From the NCBI GenBank assembly GCA_965222115.1, contig CBDCTJ010000007.1:2144001-2208000 (forward strand): a stretch of DNA of 64,000 bases, in the 5' to 3' direction. Each line of letters starts with the position of its first letter. The first letter of the stretch is position 1. A program made the translations under genes and the position numbers. A model generated the notes under the pieces. The model did no database searches. It was given only the letters and a program-made list of their open reading frames with translations, and had not been told where the DNA came from. This DNA comes from Planctomycetota bacterium. Lineage in GTDB: Bacteria > Planctomycetota > PLA2 > JAEUHO01. Below, piece after piece: positions 30,520-41,120 of this stretch.

Positions 30520-32265
30520 GTGCATGGTGGTCGTAACCGTTTCCTGACTGTCCTCGTCGTGTCTGTCCTAACCTCGGCGCTACAAGCACCTCCCGCTTTT
30601 GCCGAAGACACCGATGAAGCCAATCTTGCGCGGCAATTTGCAGAACTGCGTTCGCCGTTTGTGGCGCGCCGGGCAGCCGCCTCGCGCATCGTGCAGCGCC
30701 ATGCTCATGCCGCGCGATTATGGGCGCGAAATACGTTTCGCCAGCAGCACGCGGCGCGTGACGTCGTTGCCGCACTGGCCGTTCTCGGTGACGTCGGGGA
30801 AGAAGGCGATCTGAAGTTCGTCTATACGTCGCTAAGGGCCTTGGCAGCGACAAATGATTCGAAATCCTCGCCAAACGCGCTATCCAACCACGCCGATGAG
30901 CTCGCGGAAGCGTGTCTTCGGCTTGTGGAGCGACTTCCTCCGAAACACGGACCTTGGCTTCCGATCAACTCACTTCCGGCTGCGCTCACGCCGCCCATTG
31001 CTACCGCCATGCGTTCTCGCCTCGGCGCTGGCGGCATCCCAGCCGCGATTCGTCATGGCGGTGAGGGACTTCGACCCGCCATGATCGCATTGCTGAACGA
31101 TTCACGTCTGGGCCCGGAGCAACGCCTGCGAGTGGTGGCCATCCTTGGGAGAATGGGCGGAGCTACGGCGCGCGAGGCCCTCGCCTCGCTGGACGTGGAT
31201 ACATTCGACCGAAATCGTCACACCCTTTGGTACAGCTTGCGTGAAGTCGGTCGTGGCGATGCCCTGGATCCAGTCCACACGTGGATCAACAAGCTTGTTG
31301 GTCGGTCTTGTCTTGAATCGACGCGTAGTCCTCCGTGGTCGGCGTGGCATCGCGGTGAACGTATCGCGTTTCTTTCGTTCCTGCGGTCGATTCAGGATGA
31401 CGCATGGCGAGAGAGCGTTATTGCGTATCTCGAAGATCAGATTCAGCGACGCGGGTCGGGAAACGTTTCCTACTTCGAACACATTGCACGGCTCTACGTG
31501 GCACTTGGCGATCCATCGGACTATCACCTGGCGCGCATCGTTGGGCATGCCGCTGGACCCGTCATGGGTCGCCGTCCGAGTCGCCAAATTGGCCGCGCGG
31601 CGTTTCTCCAGATCGTGTCGCGCTATCGGGATCGACCGGCCGTTCGCGCCGCGCTAAAGACCCTTCGTGATTTGCGGCGAGCGATTCCCGATGCCGTGCG
31701 TGCCTGGGCCCACTTCTTGGCCGGTGAAGCAGAGCCGCAAGCTGTTGAAGCGATGGCACGAAAACTCATCCGAGGCAAGGGTGAAACGCCGAGTCTGGCC
31801 TCTCAGATTCATGGGACCCGTTTGCTTGACGCGCTCAAGCGTCCGCTCTCGCCCGATATCGTTCGCGAACTCGCCGTCCATGGTCACAGTTCGATGCGCC
31901 GTTGGGCCATGGCACGTGCACATCGGGCACTGGAACGGCACGAAGTCCAAGCGCTCGCTGCGAAGCTGATTGAGGATTCAGACGACGGCGTGATGCTGGC
32001 GGCTCTCGCGCGCCTTGATCCTGCAGGCGTCCCCGCGGCCACCGCGAACCGCCTCAAACACCTTGCCGTGGCAGGGAATAGGGGCTCACGGCGGACGGCG
32101 GTCGGCTGGCTGGCACGGCGGGCAGGACAGGCGCAGCGCGAGCGGGAGGACACCCTTGATAGCCGCATTCGTGCCGCCGCGGGCTTTCCATCCCCCGCCG
32201 ATCGACCCGATTGGATTGGGGGCCATGAACCGGCCTTGCAGGAGCACGAGCCCGAGGCAAGATAG
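30520..32265 (+). CDS. Secreted HEAT/ARM-like helical protein (start uncertain)
   Basis: Signal peptide ending AFA-ED; Ala/Arg/Leu-rich helical repeats. Confidence 0.7.
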   Translation: MHGGRNRFLTVLVVSVLTSALQAPPAFAEDTDEANLARQFAELRSPFVARRAAASRIVQRHAHAARLWARNTFRQQHAARDVVAALAVLGDVGEEGDLKFVYTSLRALAATNDSKSSPNALSNHADELAEACLRLVERLPPKHGPWLPINSLPAALTPPIATAMRSRLGAGGIPAAIRHGGEGLRPAMIALLNDSRLGPEQRLRVVAILGRMGGATAREALASLDVDTFDRNRHTLWYSLREVGRGDALDPVHTWINKLVGRSCLESTRSPPWSAWHRGERIAFLSFLRSIQDDAWRESVIAYLEDQIQRRGSGNVSYFEHIARLYVALGDPSDYHLARIVGHAAGPVMGRRPSRQIGRAAFLQIVSRYRDRPAVRAALKTLRDLRRAIPDAVRAWAHFLAGEAEPQAVEAMARKLIRGKGETPSLASQIHGTRLLDALKRPLSPDIVRELAVHGHSSMRRWAMARAHRALERHEVQALAAKLIEDSDDGVMLAALARLDPAGVPAATANRLKHLAVAGNRGSRRTAVGWLARRAGQAQREREDTLDSRIRAAAGFPSPADRPDWIGGHEPALQEHEPEAR

Positions 32266-32328
32266 CCCGCCCGGTTTTGCGCCCCTCGGACGGTCGAGGG
32301 TGTCACCGGCCAGGAGCTTGAGACGCAC

Positions 32329-32538
32329 ATGAGTGGCAACGGTGGATTCAAGCAGCGGCAGGTTGCCCTGCACAACAAGGCCAATCAGCGTCGCAAGAAG
32401 GCGAAGGCCAACATTGCGCGCATCCGCAACCAGTTTGAGGAAAAGGGGCAGACCTGGGATCCGGTGAACGACAGCAATCAACTCGCTGCGCTCAATCACC
32501 ACGCGCGCCGCTACGTCACGCGCGCCCGCAAACCCTAA
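32329..32538 (+). CDS. Small basic hypothetical protein (69 aa)
   Basis: Strong GC3 codon bias, fills the intergenic gap, AGGAG upstream; family not recognised. Confidence 0.6.
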   Translation: MSGNGGFKQRQVALHNKANQRRKKAKANIARIRNQFEEKGQTWDPVNDSNQLAALNHHARRYVTRARKP

Positions 32539-32923
32539 CAGCCGCGCACCACGCTTACGCCGCCCGAAGAATCCGGGCAATCTCCCGCTGCGACCTACCG
32601 ATCCAGTAGGGTGATGACGATGCCGTCACCCCGTCTCTGGTCACGAATCGAGTCCGAACTCCCGTTGCCCTGCACGTGGGGACCGTGGCGGGGCCCTGCA
32701 CGTGCGGACGGCCTGCTGCCAATGGCTGGCAACTCCCAAAACTCATTATTCGCGCTCGTGTGGCGAATGCACACCGACGGTCAACGTCTCAACTCGATAT
32801 CTCGCCACCTCGTAGGATCGAAAGCGCTTCGACTGACGTCTCGGGCAAGTCCCTGGTTTCGCGAAGGCCAGCCGGAGTACCCGCCTCTTCACCTGCGCCA
32901 GTAAAAAGATATACAGTGTTGGC

Positions 32924-33406
32924 ATGCGTGTACTGGCATGTCTTCTAACACTCGCGGTGGCTTGGCACGCGATTGCCTGCAGCCAGGAGTCTGGCACGAC
33001 GACACCCACTGTCGATCTTGAAGCAATTCAATCCGACTTGGTTGCGACCAATCGACTGCGTTGGGAACGCGGTATCAAACAACTTGTGGATGGAGGCGCG
33101 GCACACGTTTCGCGGTGGTCCTCCTGGCTCACCCATGAGAATCGCGCTGTGCGCGAAGGCGTTGCCCATGCATTGGGCGACATCGCACCCCAAGACGAGT
33201 CGATCGTGGACGCGCTCATCAAGGCCTTTGACGACACCGACGACTACGTGCGTTGGAAGGCTGCGCGTGCGCTCGGACGCATCGGCAAACCCGCGAAGAA
33301 GGCACTGCCCATGCTTCGCATTGCTGCTAACGCCGAACGTGAAGCCGAAATCGTACGCGCCATTTGCAAGAAATCGGTGCGGGAGATCGAAGAAAGCTCG
33401 CGCTAA
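32924..33406 (+). CDS. HEAT-repeat lipoprotein
   Basis: Lipobox-like AIAC; VREGVAHALGDI and VRWKAARALGRIG HEAT repeats. Confidence 0.82.
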   Translation: MRVLACLLTLAVAWHAIACSQESGTTTPTVDLEAIQSDLVATNRLRWERGIKQLVDGGAAHVSRWSSWLTHENRAVREGVAHALGDIAPQDESIVDALIKAFDDTDDYVRWKAARALGRIGKPAKKALPMLRIAANAEREAEIVRAICKKSVREIEESSR

Positions 33407-34962
33407 ACTTTTGCTGGTTCCGCCGGCTTGCCGAATGCGCTGTGGACTTGCGTCTTGAATCCCTGCACCGCCGTGCGCTGCATGTAAAACGCCAAGCCGC
33501 GAAGGCCGCCGAGTTCTTCGCCACCGCCGGCGCGGCCGGGACCGCCGTGAATCATGGCAGGGAGCACCATGCCGGGGGGCAGAGACTGCTCGGCCATGCG
33601 ATCGCTTCCGGCCCAAATGCGACCATGCCAGGGGGCCATCGCGCGCGTAGCCGTGGCCATGAAGTCGTTATCGTTGGAATAAAGGCTCGAAACGAGGCAT
33701 CCGAGGCCGCGATTGGTTATGCGTGCCGCAGCTTCCGCGCTGCCGTCATAGGGAAGGATCGTGGCGACCGGGCCAAATACTTCCTCGTCGTGAATGATGT
33801 CGACCATCGGGTCACTAGCCTGCAGCAACGTGGGCTTGACGAAATAGCCTTTGCCCTGAACAGCGTCGGATCCACCGCACAGTAAGTCTGTGGCCGCGGC
33901 GAGCTTGTCGATGCCCGCGCGCACATCGCGAAGTTGCGCTGCACTCGCAAGCGGTCCCATCGTCGTCGCTTTGTCGGCGGGATCACCCACAACAATAGCT
34001 TCAAGCTCGGCCAGCAAATCCGTACGCACTTCGTCCACGCGATCCGTGGGTACCAAGATGCGTCGTACCGCCGTGCACTTTTGGCCGGTCTTCTGACGCA
34101 TATCGAGCGCGACGTTTCGAACAAAAAGGCGATAGGTCTCACTGCTGCTATCGGCATCTGGACCGAGGATGGCTGCATTGAGCGAATCGGCTTCCACATT
34201 GAAGCGCACATTGTGACGCAACACGTTTTCATTGGACTTGAGCTTGAGCGCCGTCCACGACGAACCCGTAAACGCCACGCAGTCCTGATGCCGCAGCGCA
34301 TCCAGCATGCCGTCGGGAATGCCCACCAAGAATTGGAACGCACCCTCCGGAAGCAACTTGCTCTCTGCGGCAATCTGCGCAATGCGCCACGCAACCATGG
34401 CGGTGGGGGTGCCGGGTTTTTCCACGACGGGCATACCAGCCAGTAGCGCGCACGCGGCTTTCTCCATCATGTTCCATGCGGGAAAGTTGAACGCATTGAT
34501 GTGTAGCGCTGCGCCTTCCAGCGGAACGGCAATGTGTTGCCCCCAAAAACGCGCCGTACGTCCAAGCTGAATACCGTCGCCGTCGCTCATGAACCCGCGT
34601 TCGGGCATCGACTTGGCGAAGTGGGCATAGGCCGCGAGCGTGCCCGTGGCACCGTCGATGTCGAACTTGCTGTCTTTACGCGTGGTGCCTGCGTTCTTAA
34701 TGGAGAGATCGATCAACTCTTCGCGGTGCTCGTAGATGGCACCGGAGAGCGCCTTGAGCATGGCGCCGCGTTCGTGAAACGTCATGGCGCGAAGCGCAGG
34801 CCCGCCTTTGGTTCGCGCATAATCGAGTACGTCGCCCATGTTGATGCCGCTGGCATCGCACTCGGCGATCACGTCTTCCGTGGTTGCGTTGTGCAGCGAG
34901 CGTGCTTTGCCAGAACCGTTGTGCCACGAACCGAGAATGTAGCTGGTGAGGCGCGTCGTCAT
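33403..34962 (-). CDS. PaaZ/BoxD-type aldehyde dehydrogenase (no MaoC domain)
   Basis: HINAFNFPAW, FTGS, EADSLN, catalytic GQKCTAVRR, EVFGPV, HGGPGRAGGGEELGG. Confidence 0.92.
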   Translation of the reverse strand: MTTRLTSYILGSWHNGSGKARSLHNATTEDVIAECDASGINMGDVLDYARTKGGPALRAMTFHERGAMLKALSGAIYEHREELIDLSIKNAGTTRKDSKFDIDGATGTLAAYAHFAKSMPERGFMSDGDGIQLGRTARFWGQHIAVPLEGAALHINAFNFPAWNMMEKAACALLAGMPVVEKPGTPTAMVAWRIAQIAAESKLLPEGAFQFLVGIPDGMLDALRHQDCVAFTGSSWTALKLKSNENVLRHNVRFNVEADSLNAAILGPDADSSSETYRLFVRNVALDMRQKTGQKCTAVRRILVPTDRVDEVRTDLLAELEAIVVGDPADKATTMGPLASAAQLRDVRAGIDKLAAATDLLCGGSDAVQGKGYFVKPTLLQASDPMVDIIHDEEVFGPVATILPYDGSAEAAARITNRGLGCLVSSLYSNDNDFMATATRAMAPWHGRIWAGSDRMAEQSLPPGMVLPAMIHGGPGRAGGGEELGGLRGLAFYMQRTAVQGFKTQVHSAFGKPAEPAKV

Positions 34963-35085
34963 GGGGGTCTCCATCGCACTACAAGGTCGGCGGAGACTGT
35001 ATCGGGACGGCGCATGGCCGCGGACAATGGTCGGGGACATTGGCCGGGGACTTCGGCAGGGGACGTTGGCGCGGTGGGAGGGGCG

Positions 35086-36150
35086 CTACTTCTTTGGCGG
35101 CGGATCGTCCTTCGCGGGCTTGGGCGGCCACACGGGATTGTCCCTGCTGCTCATCGGTGGCTCGGCACGTGCCTCATGGCGCCAGTCCCGAATCACGAGA
35201 TAGCGTTCATGCAGCCGGCGCTCCCAGGTGTCATCGGGCAGTTCGTAGGCGACGGACCATATTGCGGAAGGCGGCATCACTGCGTCTGCGTGTTGGCGCA
35301 AACTGGGATCGGCCAATGCCTCGGCCACCCACGGATCGCGATGAAGAAAGTACTCGGCCAGTCGCCCGCGGCGTTGCTGCTGAAACGTGCGCTCGCGCTC
35401 GCCGCTCGGATACACCACACGTCGCGTCAGAATAGGCATGACGCCTTTGGCGATCGCGGCGCCGAGACTCTTGAGCATGGAAAAGGACGAGTCAAACGAA
35501 TCCGACGAGTGTGTAAGCATCGACACCCCGCCGATTCCAAGTTGCTCTTTACGATGGGGCAAGGCGAAGCGCTCATCGGCCGCCTTCTTGAGCGCGGGGT
35601 AGAGGCTCGCATCGTGTGGCGCAAGTGCATCGTAGAGCGTTTGATGCCAATGCAGCGCGTCTTCATCAAAGCCGTATGCGGGTGCAAGTTGCGTCGAGGC
35701 ATCCATGTGCCACGCCATTGCCGGGGTCGTCGTCACGGCGAAGCGCAAAACCACCATGATGGAAGGCGCGTACGGATTGCGGGGATGAATTGCTGCCGTG
35801 AACGTGGCATGTCCGCGATCGGGAACAACTTTGGGCGCCTCGCGCGTTGCATCCACCGGCGGCTTGCCATAGGTGAACACCAAGTGGGCGCGTTCCAGGG
35901 CGTTGCCGCCTTCCACAATGAGCCTGCGCGAATGCGGTGTGACATCTTTTTGCTTCTTGACCTTGGTCGGGAGCTTCTTCCCCTTGGCCGGCTTCTTGTC
36001 GCCGTCGTTCAGAAGCGGAGCCGCCTCCTGTTCGGGGGTGTCCGGATCCTCGAAGATGTGTTTACTGTCCAGCGTCTCTAGTGCTTTGCGGAGTTCGCCC
36101 TGGAGCTCAAACATCCAGGCGGCCACGTCTTCGAGATGGGACAGGCTCAT
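35086..36150 (-). CDS. HemF-like (aerobic coproporphyrinogen III oxidase) protein, divergent
   Basis: IHPRNPYAP, YPALKKAADERFALPHRKEQLGIGG, QQQRRGR, MPP..W; several canonical motifs altered. Confidence 0.72.
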   Translation of the reverse strand: MSLSHLEDVAAWMFELQGELRKALETLDSKHIFEDPDTPEQEAAPLLNDGDKKPAKGKKLPTKVKKQKDVTPHSRRLIVEGGNALERAHLVFTYGKPPVDATREAPKVVPDRGHATFTAAIHPRNPYAPSIMVVLRFAVTTTPAMAWHMDASTQLAPAYGFDEDALHWHQTLYDALAPHDASLYPALKKAADERFALPHRKEQLGIGGVSMLTHSSDSFDSSFSMLKSLGAAIAKGVMPILTRRVVYPSGERERTFQQQRRGRLAEYFLHRDPWVAEALADPSLRQHADAVMPPSAIWSVAYELPDDTWERRLHERYLVIRDWRHEARAEPPMSSRDNPVWPPKPAKDDPPPKK

Positions 36151-36160
36151 TGGAGTCTCA

Positions 36161-36847
36161 CTACGAGCTTACCGTCGGCGCAATGCATCCGCGGAACCAC
36201 TCACCCATGTCGCGAATTTGAGGGGGACACACTTGGTGGCCCATCGGGTAGGTCTTCCACTCGGCATGATGTCCACGTGCTACAACTTGTTCGTATGCAT
36301 CGCGTCCACGGGTGGGTGGCACCATGTCGTCCATCTCTCCGTGGCAGTGTAGGAAAGGCGTCGTGAGATTTGCCTCGACGTGTTCGGTTGCAAGACTGTC
36401 GGCATCCACCATATAGGTCGAGAGACACATGACGCCGGCGAGTTTTTCGTCGAGTCGCAGCGCAACATGCAATGCGATGGCGCCGCCCTGCGAAAATCCA
36501 GCCATCACAATGCGCTCACTTGGGACGCCCACCGCACGTTCCCGTTCATAGAGACGCAAGACGTGATCGGCCGAAGCGCGCACGCCATCCAAGTCGTGGC
36601 GACGCTTGAGATCGAGCGTTGTAATGTCGTACCAAGCGGGCATGACGAAGCCGCCATTGATCGTCACGGGGATGGCGGGAGCGTGGGGGAATACGAATCG
36701 CACGCCCCAAGCATCGGGAATGCCCAGCTCGGGAACGATGGGCTCAAAGTCGTGACCGTTGGCGCCGAGTCCGTGTAGCCAAATCACCGACGACTGCACG
36801 GGCCCGCTGGGATTCACCTCTACGCATGGAAGGAGTTCGCTGCTCAT
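36161..36847 (-). CDS. Carboxylesterase / phospholipase (alpha/beta hydrolase)
   Basis: WLHGLGA, FPHAP...MPAWYD, GFSQGG nucleophile elbow, HGEMD, MGH. Confidence 0.94.
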   Translation of the reverse strand: MSSELLPCVEVNPSGPVQSSVIWLHGLGANGHDFEPIVPELGIPDAWGVRFVFPHAPAIPVTINGGFVMPAWYDITTLDLKRRHDLDGVRASADHVLRLYERERAVGVPSERIVMAGFSQGGAIALHVALRLDEKLAGVMCLSTYMVDADSLATEHVEANLTTPFLHCHGEMDDMVPPTRGRDAYEQVVARGHHAEWKTYPMGHQVCPPQIRDMGEWFRGCIAPTVSS

Positions 36848-36942
36848 CGCACTACAGTAGCGCATCCGCCGCGGAGCGACTCGCCTTCCGCCGGTCAAGA
36901 CGTTCGATTCGACACTGCACGCACATCCCCAAAACGAGACCG

Positions 36943-38121
36943 ATGGATCCCGAGTACCAGAGCGAAATCAACCGCGACGTGGCGCCCGCTGCCCCGGGAG
37001 AATTTGCGCCACTCTCGCTCGGTCCGCTATCCATTTGGCCGCCCGTTGTGCTTGCACCCATGGCGGGCGTGACCAACTATCCATTTCGCAAGCTTTGTAA
37101 GCGATTCGGCGCCGGTCTCTACGTGAGCGAAATGATCACCGCGCGTGGGCTGGTCGAGGGGAATCCCGGTGCACTCAAAATCGCCGGATTCGGTCCCGAT
37201 GAACATCCACGTTCGATTCAAATCTACGGTGTTGAGCCTCGCTCGCTCGCCGAGGCCACCAAGCGGCTTGTGGGTGAGGGCAAGGTCGATCATGTGGACA
37301 TGAACTTCGGTTGTCCGGTTCGTAAAGTCACCTCAAAGGGAGGCGGAAGTGCGATCCCCGCCAAGCCCAAGCTCCTTCGACGACTTGTACATGCCGTCAC
37401 GACAAACGCGGGGGACGTTCCCGTCACGATCAAGTTTCGGAAGGGCATCAACGACGACTACCTGACTTATCGTGAAAGCGGGAAGATTGGAGAAGGCGAA
37501 GGCTGCGCGGCCGTCGCCCTTCATGCCCGTACGGCTGCAGAGCTTTATAGCGGTCACGCCGATTGGAATGCCATCACTGACCTCAAGGAGCACGTTTCCA
37601 TTCCTGTGTGGGGCAATGGCGACATCTGGGAGGCACAAGACGCTCTGCGCATGATGCGCCAAACCGGCTGTGATGGCGTCGTGGTAGGTCGTGGCTGTTT
37701 GGGCCGTCCGTGGCTGTTCCGCGACTTGGCCGATATGATGGACGGTCGTGAACCTCGAAATCCGCCAAACTTTGGTGAGTGCATCGACATCATGCTGGAG
37801 CACGCGCAGCTACTCGCCGATTGGTTTGGCGAAACGCATGGCGTGCGCATGAATCGCAAATTCACGACGTGGTACACCAAGAGTTTCCCTGGCAGCGCCA
37901 AGCTCCGTCCGCTCATGATGCACGCCAACACCGTCGAAGAACTCCGCGCAGTGGTTGCCGATGTCGATCGTGACGAACCGTTTCCACCGGCGGGCATGCG
38001 GGTTCGTCGCGGAAAGACGTCTCGAACACAAACGGTGCATTTACCGGATGGGTATTTGGATACGTTGGATGATGATCGACCGCCTGGGAAGGCGGCGGGT
38101 GTGTTGGTGTCGGGGGGCTGA
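36943..38121 (+). CDS. dusB: tRNA dihydrouridine synthase B
   Basis: LAPMAGVT, DMNFGCPV, ALHART, GNGDI, VGRGCLGRPW. Confidence 0.93.
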   Translation: MDPEYQSEINRDVAPAAPGEFAPLSLGPLSIWPPVVLAPMAGVTNYPFRKLCKRFGAGLYVSEMITARGLVEGNPGALKIAGFGPDEHPRSIQIYGVEPRSLAEATKRLVGEGKVDHVDMNFGCPVRKVTSKGGGSAIPAKPKLLRRLVHAVTTNAGDVPVTIKFRKGINDDYLTYRESGKIGEGEGCAAVALHARTAAELYSGHADWNAITDLKEHVSIPVWGNGDIWEAQDALRMMRQTGCDGVVVGRGCLGRPWLFRDLADMMDGREPRNPPNFGECIDIMLEHAQLLADWFGETHGVRMNRKFTTWYTKSFPGSAKLRPLMMHANTVEELRAVVADVDRDEPFPPAGMRVRRGKTSRTQTVHLPDGYLDTLDDDRPPGKAAGVLVSGG

Positions 38122-38148
38122 GGGGCGCCTCTTGGGAGAAGAAGGCTC

Positions 38149-38477
38149 TTACCAAGGGCACCAAGTCCTCCAAGCGCTGCCGGAGGCTGTGACGATCGCC
38201 GTCATCGTGTTGAACCATGCGGTGGGAGGAGAAGAAGAGCCGCGCGCAGAGACGCAGAGCGCAAGCGACGATGAGCGCGATACTCGCATTCGTGGAACGG
38301 ACTGCAAGCGGGTCGTTTTCGTAAGAAGAAGCTCACACGAAGAGCACCAAGAAACGAAGGCGCAAGCGTCGGGGAGCGTGTCTTGGCGAGGTTGTGCGAA
38401 TAGGGGGTGAGACGCTCTTTGAAGAAGATGCCCTCACCAAGGGCACCAAGGGCACCAAGGGCACCAAGGCCACCAAG
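38149..38477. repeat. Cluster of period-9 short repeats (CACCAAGGG-type)
   Basis: CACCAAGGG x3 + CACCAAGGC + CACCAAG at 38435-38477; degenerate sets near 38151, 38243 and 38336. Confidence 0.8.
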
Positions 38478-38529
38478 CGCAGCCCGATGTTCGGTTACGG
38501 CGATCAATGGGAATGGTGCAGGAGAATGC

Positions 38530-38823
38530 GGCTCCGAAGGAGCCAAAGCTGGTAGCTAAGGGTGAGCGAGGCGAACCCTGTGATAGCGCAGCGGCGCGAA
38601 ATCCTGGGTTTACGTTCCCACCCCAAGGCACCGCCCTGAATGGGCGGCGGAGACGTGAACACGATTCCATTGTCTCCTTGCAGAGCCGAGCTCGCACAGC
38701 GTGAACGTTGTTGGCGGTTCTATCCGCATTGTTCTCGGCGGGACATAGGTCACGAAGTTGGTGGGAGAAAACGCGGCTCGGGATCCCTAGATCCCCCCAA
38801 ATTGTGCCGCCCTGAATGGGCGG
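38530..38823. repeat. REP-like hairpin cluster
   Basis: GGCTCCGAAGGAGCC (38530) and two identical CCGCCCTGAATGGGCGG hairpins (38631, 38807). Confidence 0.65.
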
Positions 38824-38854
38824 TGGACTCGATCGAAACGTCAGTGGCGTGCAA

Positions 38855-40931
38855 TTACCGGACCCAAGGATAAATCGTGTACGGACCATCGCGGTTCACG
38901 ATGTCTTCTTCGTTCAGCTTGATGAAGTGAATCATGTCACGGTAGTCGTTTTCCTTGGGGAGCAGCTTTGCGAAGCGTTTTAGGCGCGCGATCTTGAGAT
39001 CGCGATCGACTGTGGTTTCGTCTTTGGCTTTGTCGATCAGTTCATCGAGTAGCAATGAAACGGCGGGTTTCCTACGCAGCGACTCGTCTCTAAGGTGATC
39101 GGCAATCATTGGTTCGGCGTCTTCAATCACGTCGAGGACGAACTGGAGGTTCGCCTTGGAGGGCGTGTCGACGTAGAGCCTCCACACCGCGCCCGCGATA
39201 CGCTTCGGTCCTCTCGGATCGTGTTCTCGAATGATCTCGAGCAGGGGTTGGCTTGGCTCCTTCGAGAACCGTATGAGTAGCGATTCCACCTCCGCATCGG
39301 ACATGGGAGAGAGATTGTCGAGTAACGTCCACGGCCCGGGCGATGGCAGGAGGCCTGATGCTAGCGTTGGCAATGAGTCGAAGAGTCGTTTCCGCTGAGT
39401 GGGGTCGCGATGCAACCACCATGCGCCCTCGAGCGCCACGCTCGGGCGCTTGTCTTGAATGAAGCGCAAGGAGGAGCAAGGACTGTTGCTTGCGACGTGC
39501 TGCCTCTATCGTGGCAATGACCGCATGATGTTCGGAGGGACCGTGAATCAGCCGTTTCAACTGGTCAGCGCGTAACGGAGCCATCGCAATGGCATCGATT
39601 ACGCGTTGTGCAAACTTCGCGTTTTCTGTTCTACGGGCCGCCAATACATAGAGTCGAATGAGCTCTGACTTGGCCGCGTCTCCCATAGATGCCAACGCAA
39701 TACATGCGACTCGCGCCGTGGTGCGACAGTCATCCTTGGGCTTGGCATCAACGCGATCCCCGTCGCCGTGAAGTGTTTCGAGAAGGTGCGCGAGCTCTGC
39801 CTTGGGTACGGCACGGAAGCTGGATAGAAGTTGTAAGGCGCAGCCACGAATGTCTCGATTTGGGTCCACGAGTAGACCCACCAGGCGGTCCCGGTAGTGG
39901 TCGATTGCCTCCGGGTACGGTGGGTCAAGCCAGCGCGTCAACTGGCATGCCTTGTTGCGCACCCCATCATCAACATCGAAGAGTGCATTCAAGCACGTGG
40001 TGAATGCCGCGGCCGAATGTCCCAAGTGACAGAGCTCGCCAATAGCCAGCCTACGAAACTCAGGATCGGCATCTCTGGCCAGCTTTACGAATGCGGAAGC
40101 CGTGTCGTGCTCAACGAAGTAGGAAAGACCTCGCGCGGCGGCTAGTCGAACAACTTTTTCCTCACCCGTCGCCAACATGAGTTGCGACAGTTGCGGTATG
40201 AACTGCTTCCAATCTCCTTGAGGAACTACCCATGCCGCCATTTGCCGCACCCGTGGATTCTTGTCCTGTAGGCGATTCCGTAACGCTTGTTCTACATCGA
40301 TTCCCCGGCGCTTGCTCGTGCTGGCAAGACATGCGGTTGCCATCATGCGAACGCGCCAGTCTTGATCCGTTGACAGCGTCAGAAGTGAGTCTTCACTTCC
40401 ATGCACCTGATCCCTGAGCATTCGTGCCAGAGTATCAAATGGTGCCTCAGTGCCGAACACAGCCACTTCGGGCACGCCCAGTCCATGAAGCACGATGAGA
40501 AGTGGGCGCCACCACGATTGATTCCAACGTATCGGTTGGTCGGGAGCCGAACGATTTAAACTCCTGGGCAGGCGAGCCGCCAAGAGTTCGATGGCGTACC
40601 CCATCAGGCCCTCATCACTTGAGCGCATATACGGCAAAAGAAACTCAAAACACGCTTGTCCCCCCGGCGCAAGATTGTCAACGGCCTCCATTGCCAGTTG
40701 TCGATACTTCTTCGGAATGCGGCCGTATGCCATGTGCGGAGCAACTCGCGACCAACCGAGTTTGGCGATCTTTACCCAGGCTTCATGCTCGCCTTTGTCC
40801 AACCGCTCAAGCAACGTTCGAACCGTCGTGGCGTCTTCTTCGTTCGTGGCTTCCTTCGCAGTTGCCTCGCCACCGAAGAACACCGACGCGACCGCGAATA
40901 TGAGCACAAACACTGGTACGCGGACTAGCAC
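38855..40931 (-). pseudogene. Secreted HEAT-repeat protein with apparent +1 frameshift near 39467-39505
   Basis: First ORF stops looking protein-like after ...ARRKQQSLL; helical sequence continues in another frame (RFIQDKRPSVALEGAWW) to 38855. Confidence 0.65.
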
Positions 40932-41120
40932 GGTGGGTACTCCCAGCTACAGCTGGATTCTACTCCGACGCATTGGCGCCGTCGGCGGATTGGCGCAACA
41001 GGTCCGTTCGATATGCATTCTCGCCCCAAGGTTCGTTCGAAATTGCCCGAGCTATCCAAGACGCGCGCCGGAATGTTGCTAAGCTAACGGTGCGCACCGA
41101 GCGCGTCGGAGGAAGTTGCG

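Noticed and set aside
34534-36081. 515-aa plus-strand ORF, and similar long antisense ORFs at 42633-43910, 27453-28397 and 58846-59715
   Set aside because: Antisense shadows of real genes, expected in high-GC3 DNA.
38435-38477. Short repeats as a possible CRISPR array
   Set aside because: 9-bp tandem units without unique spacers, and no cas genes in the window.
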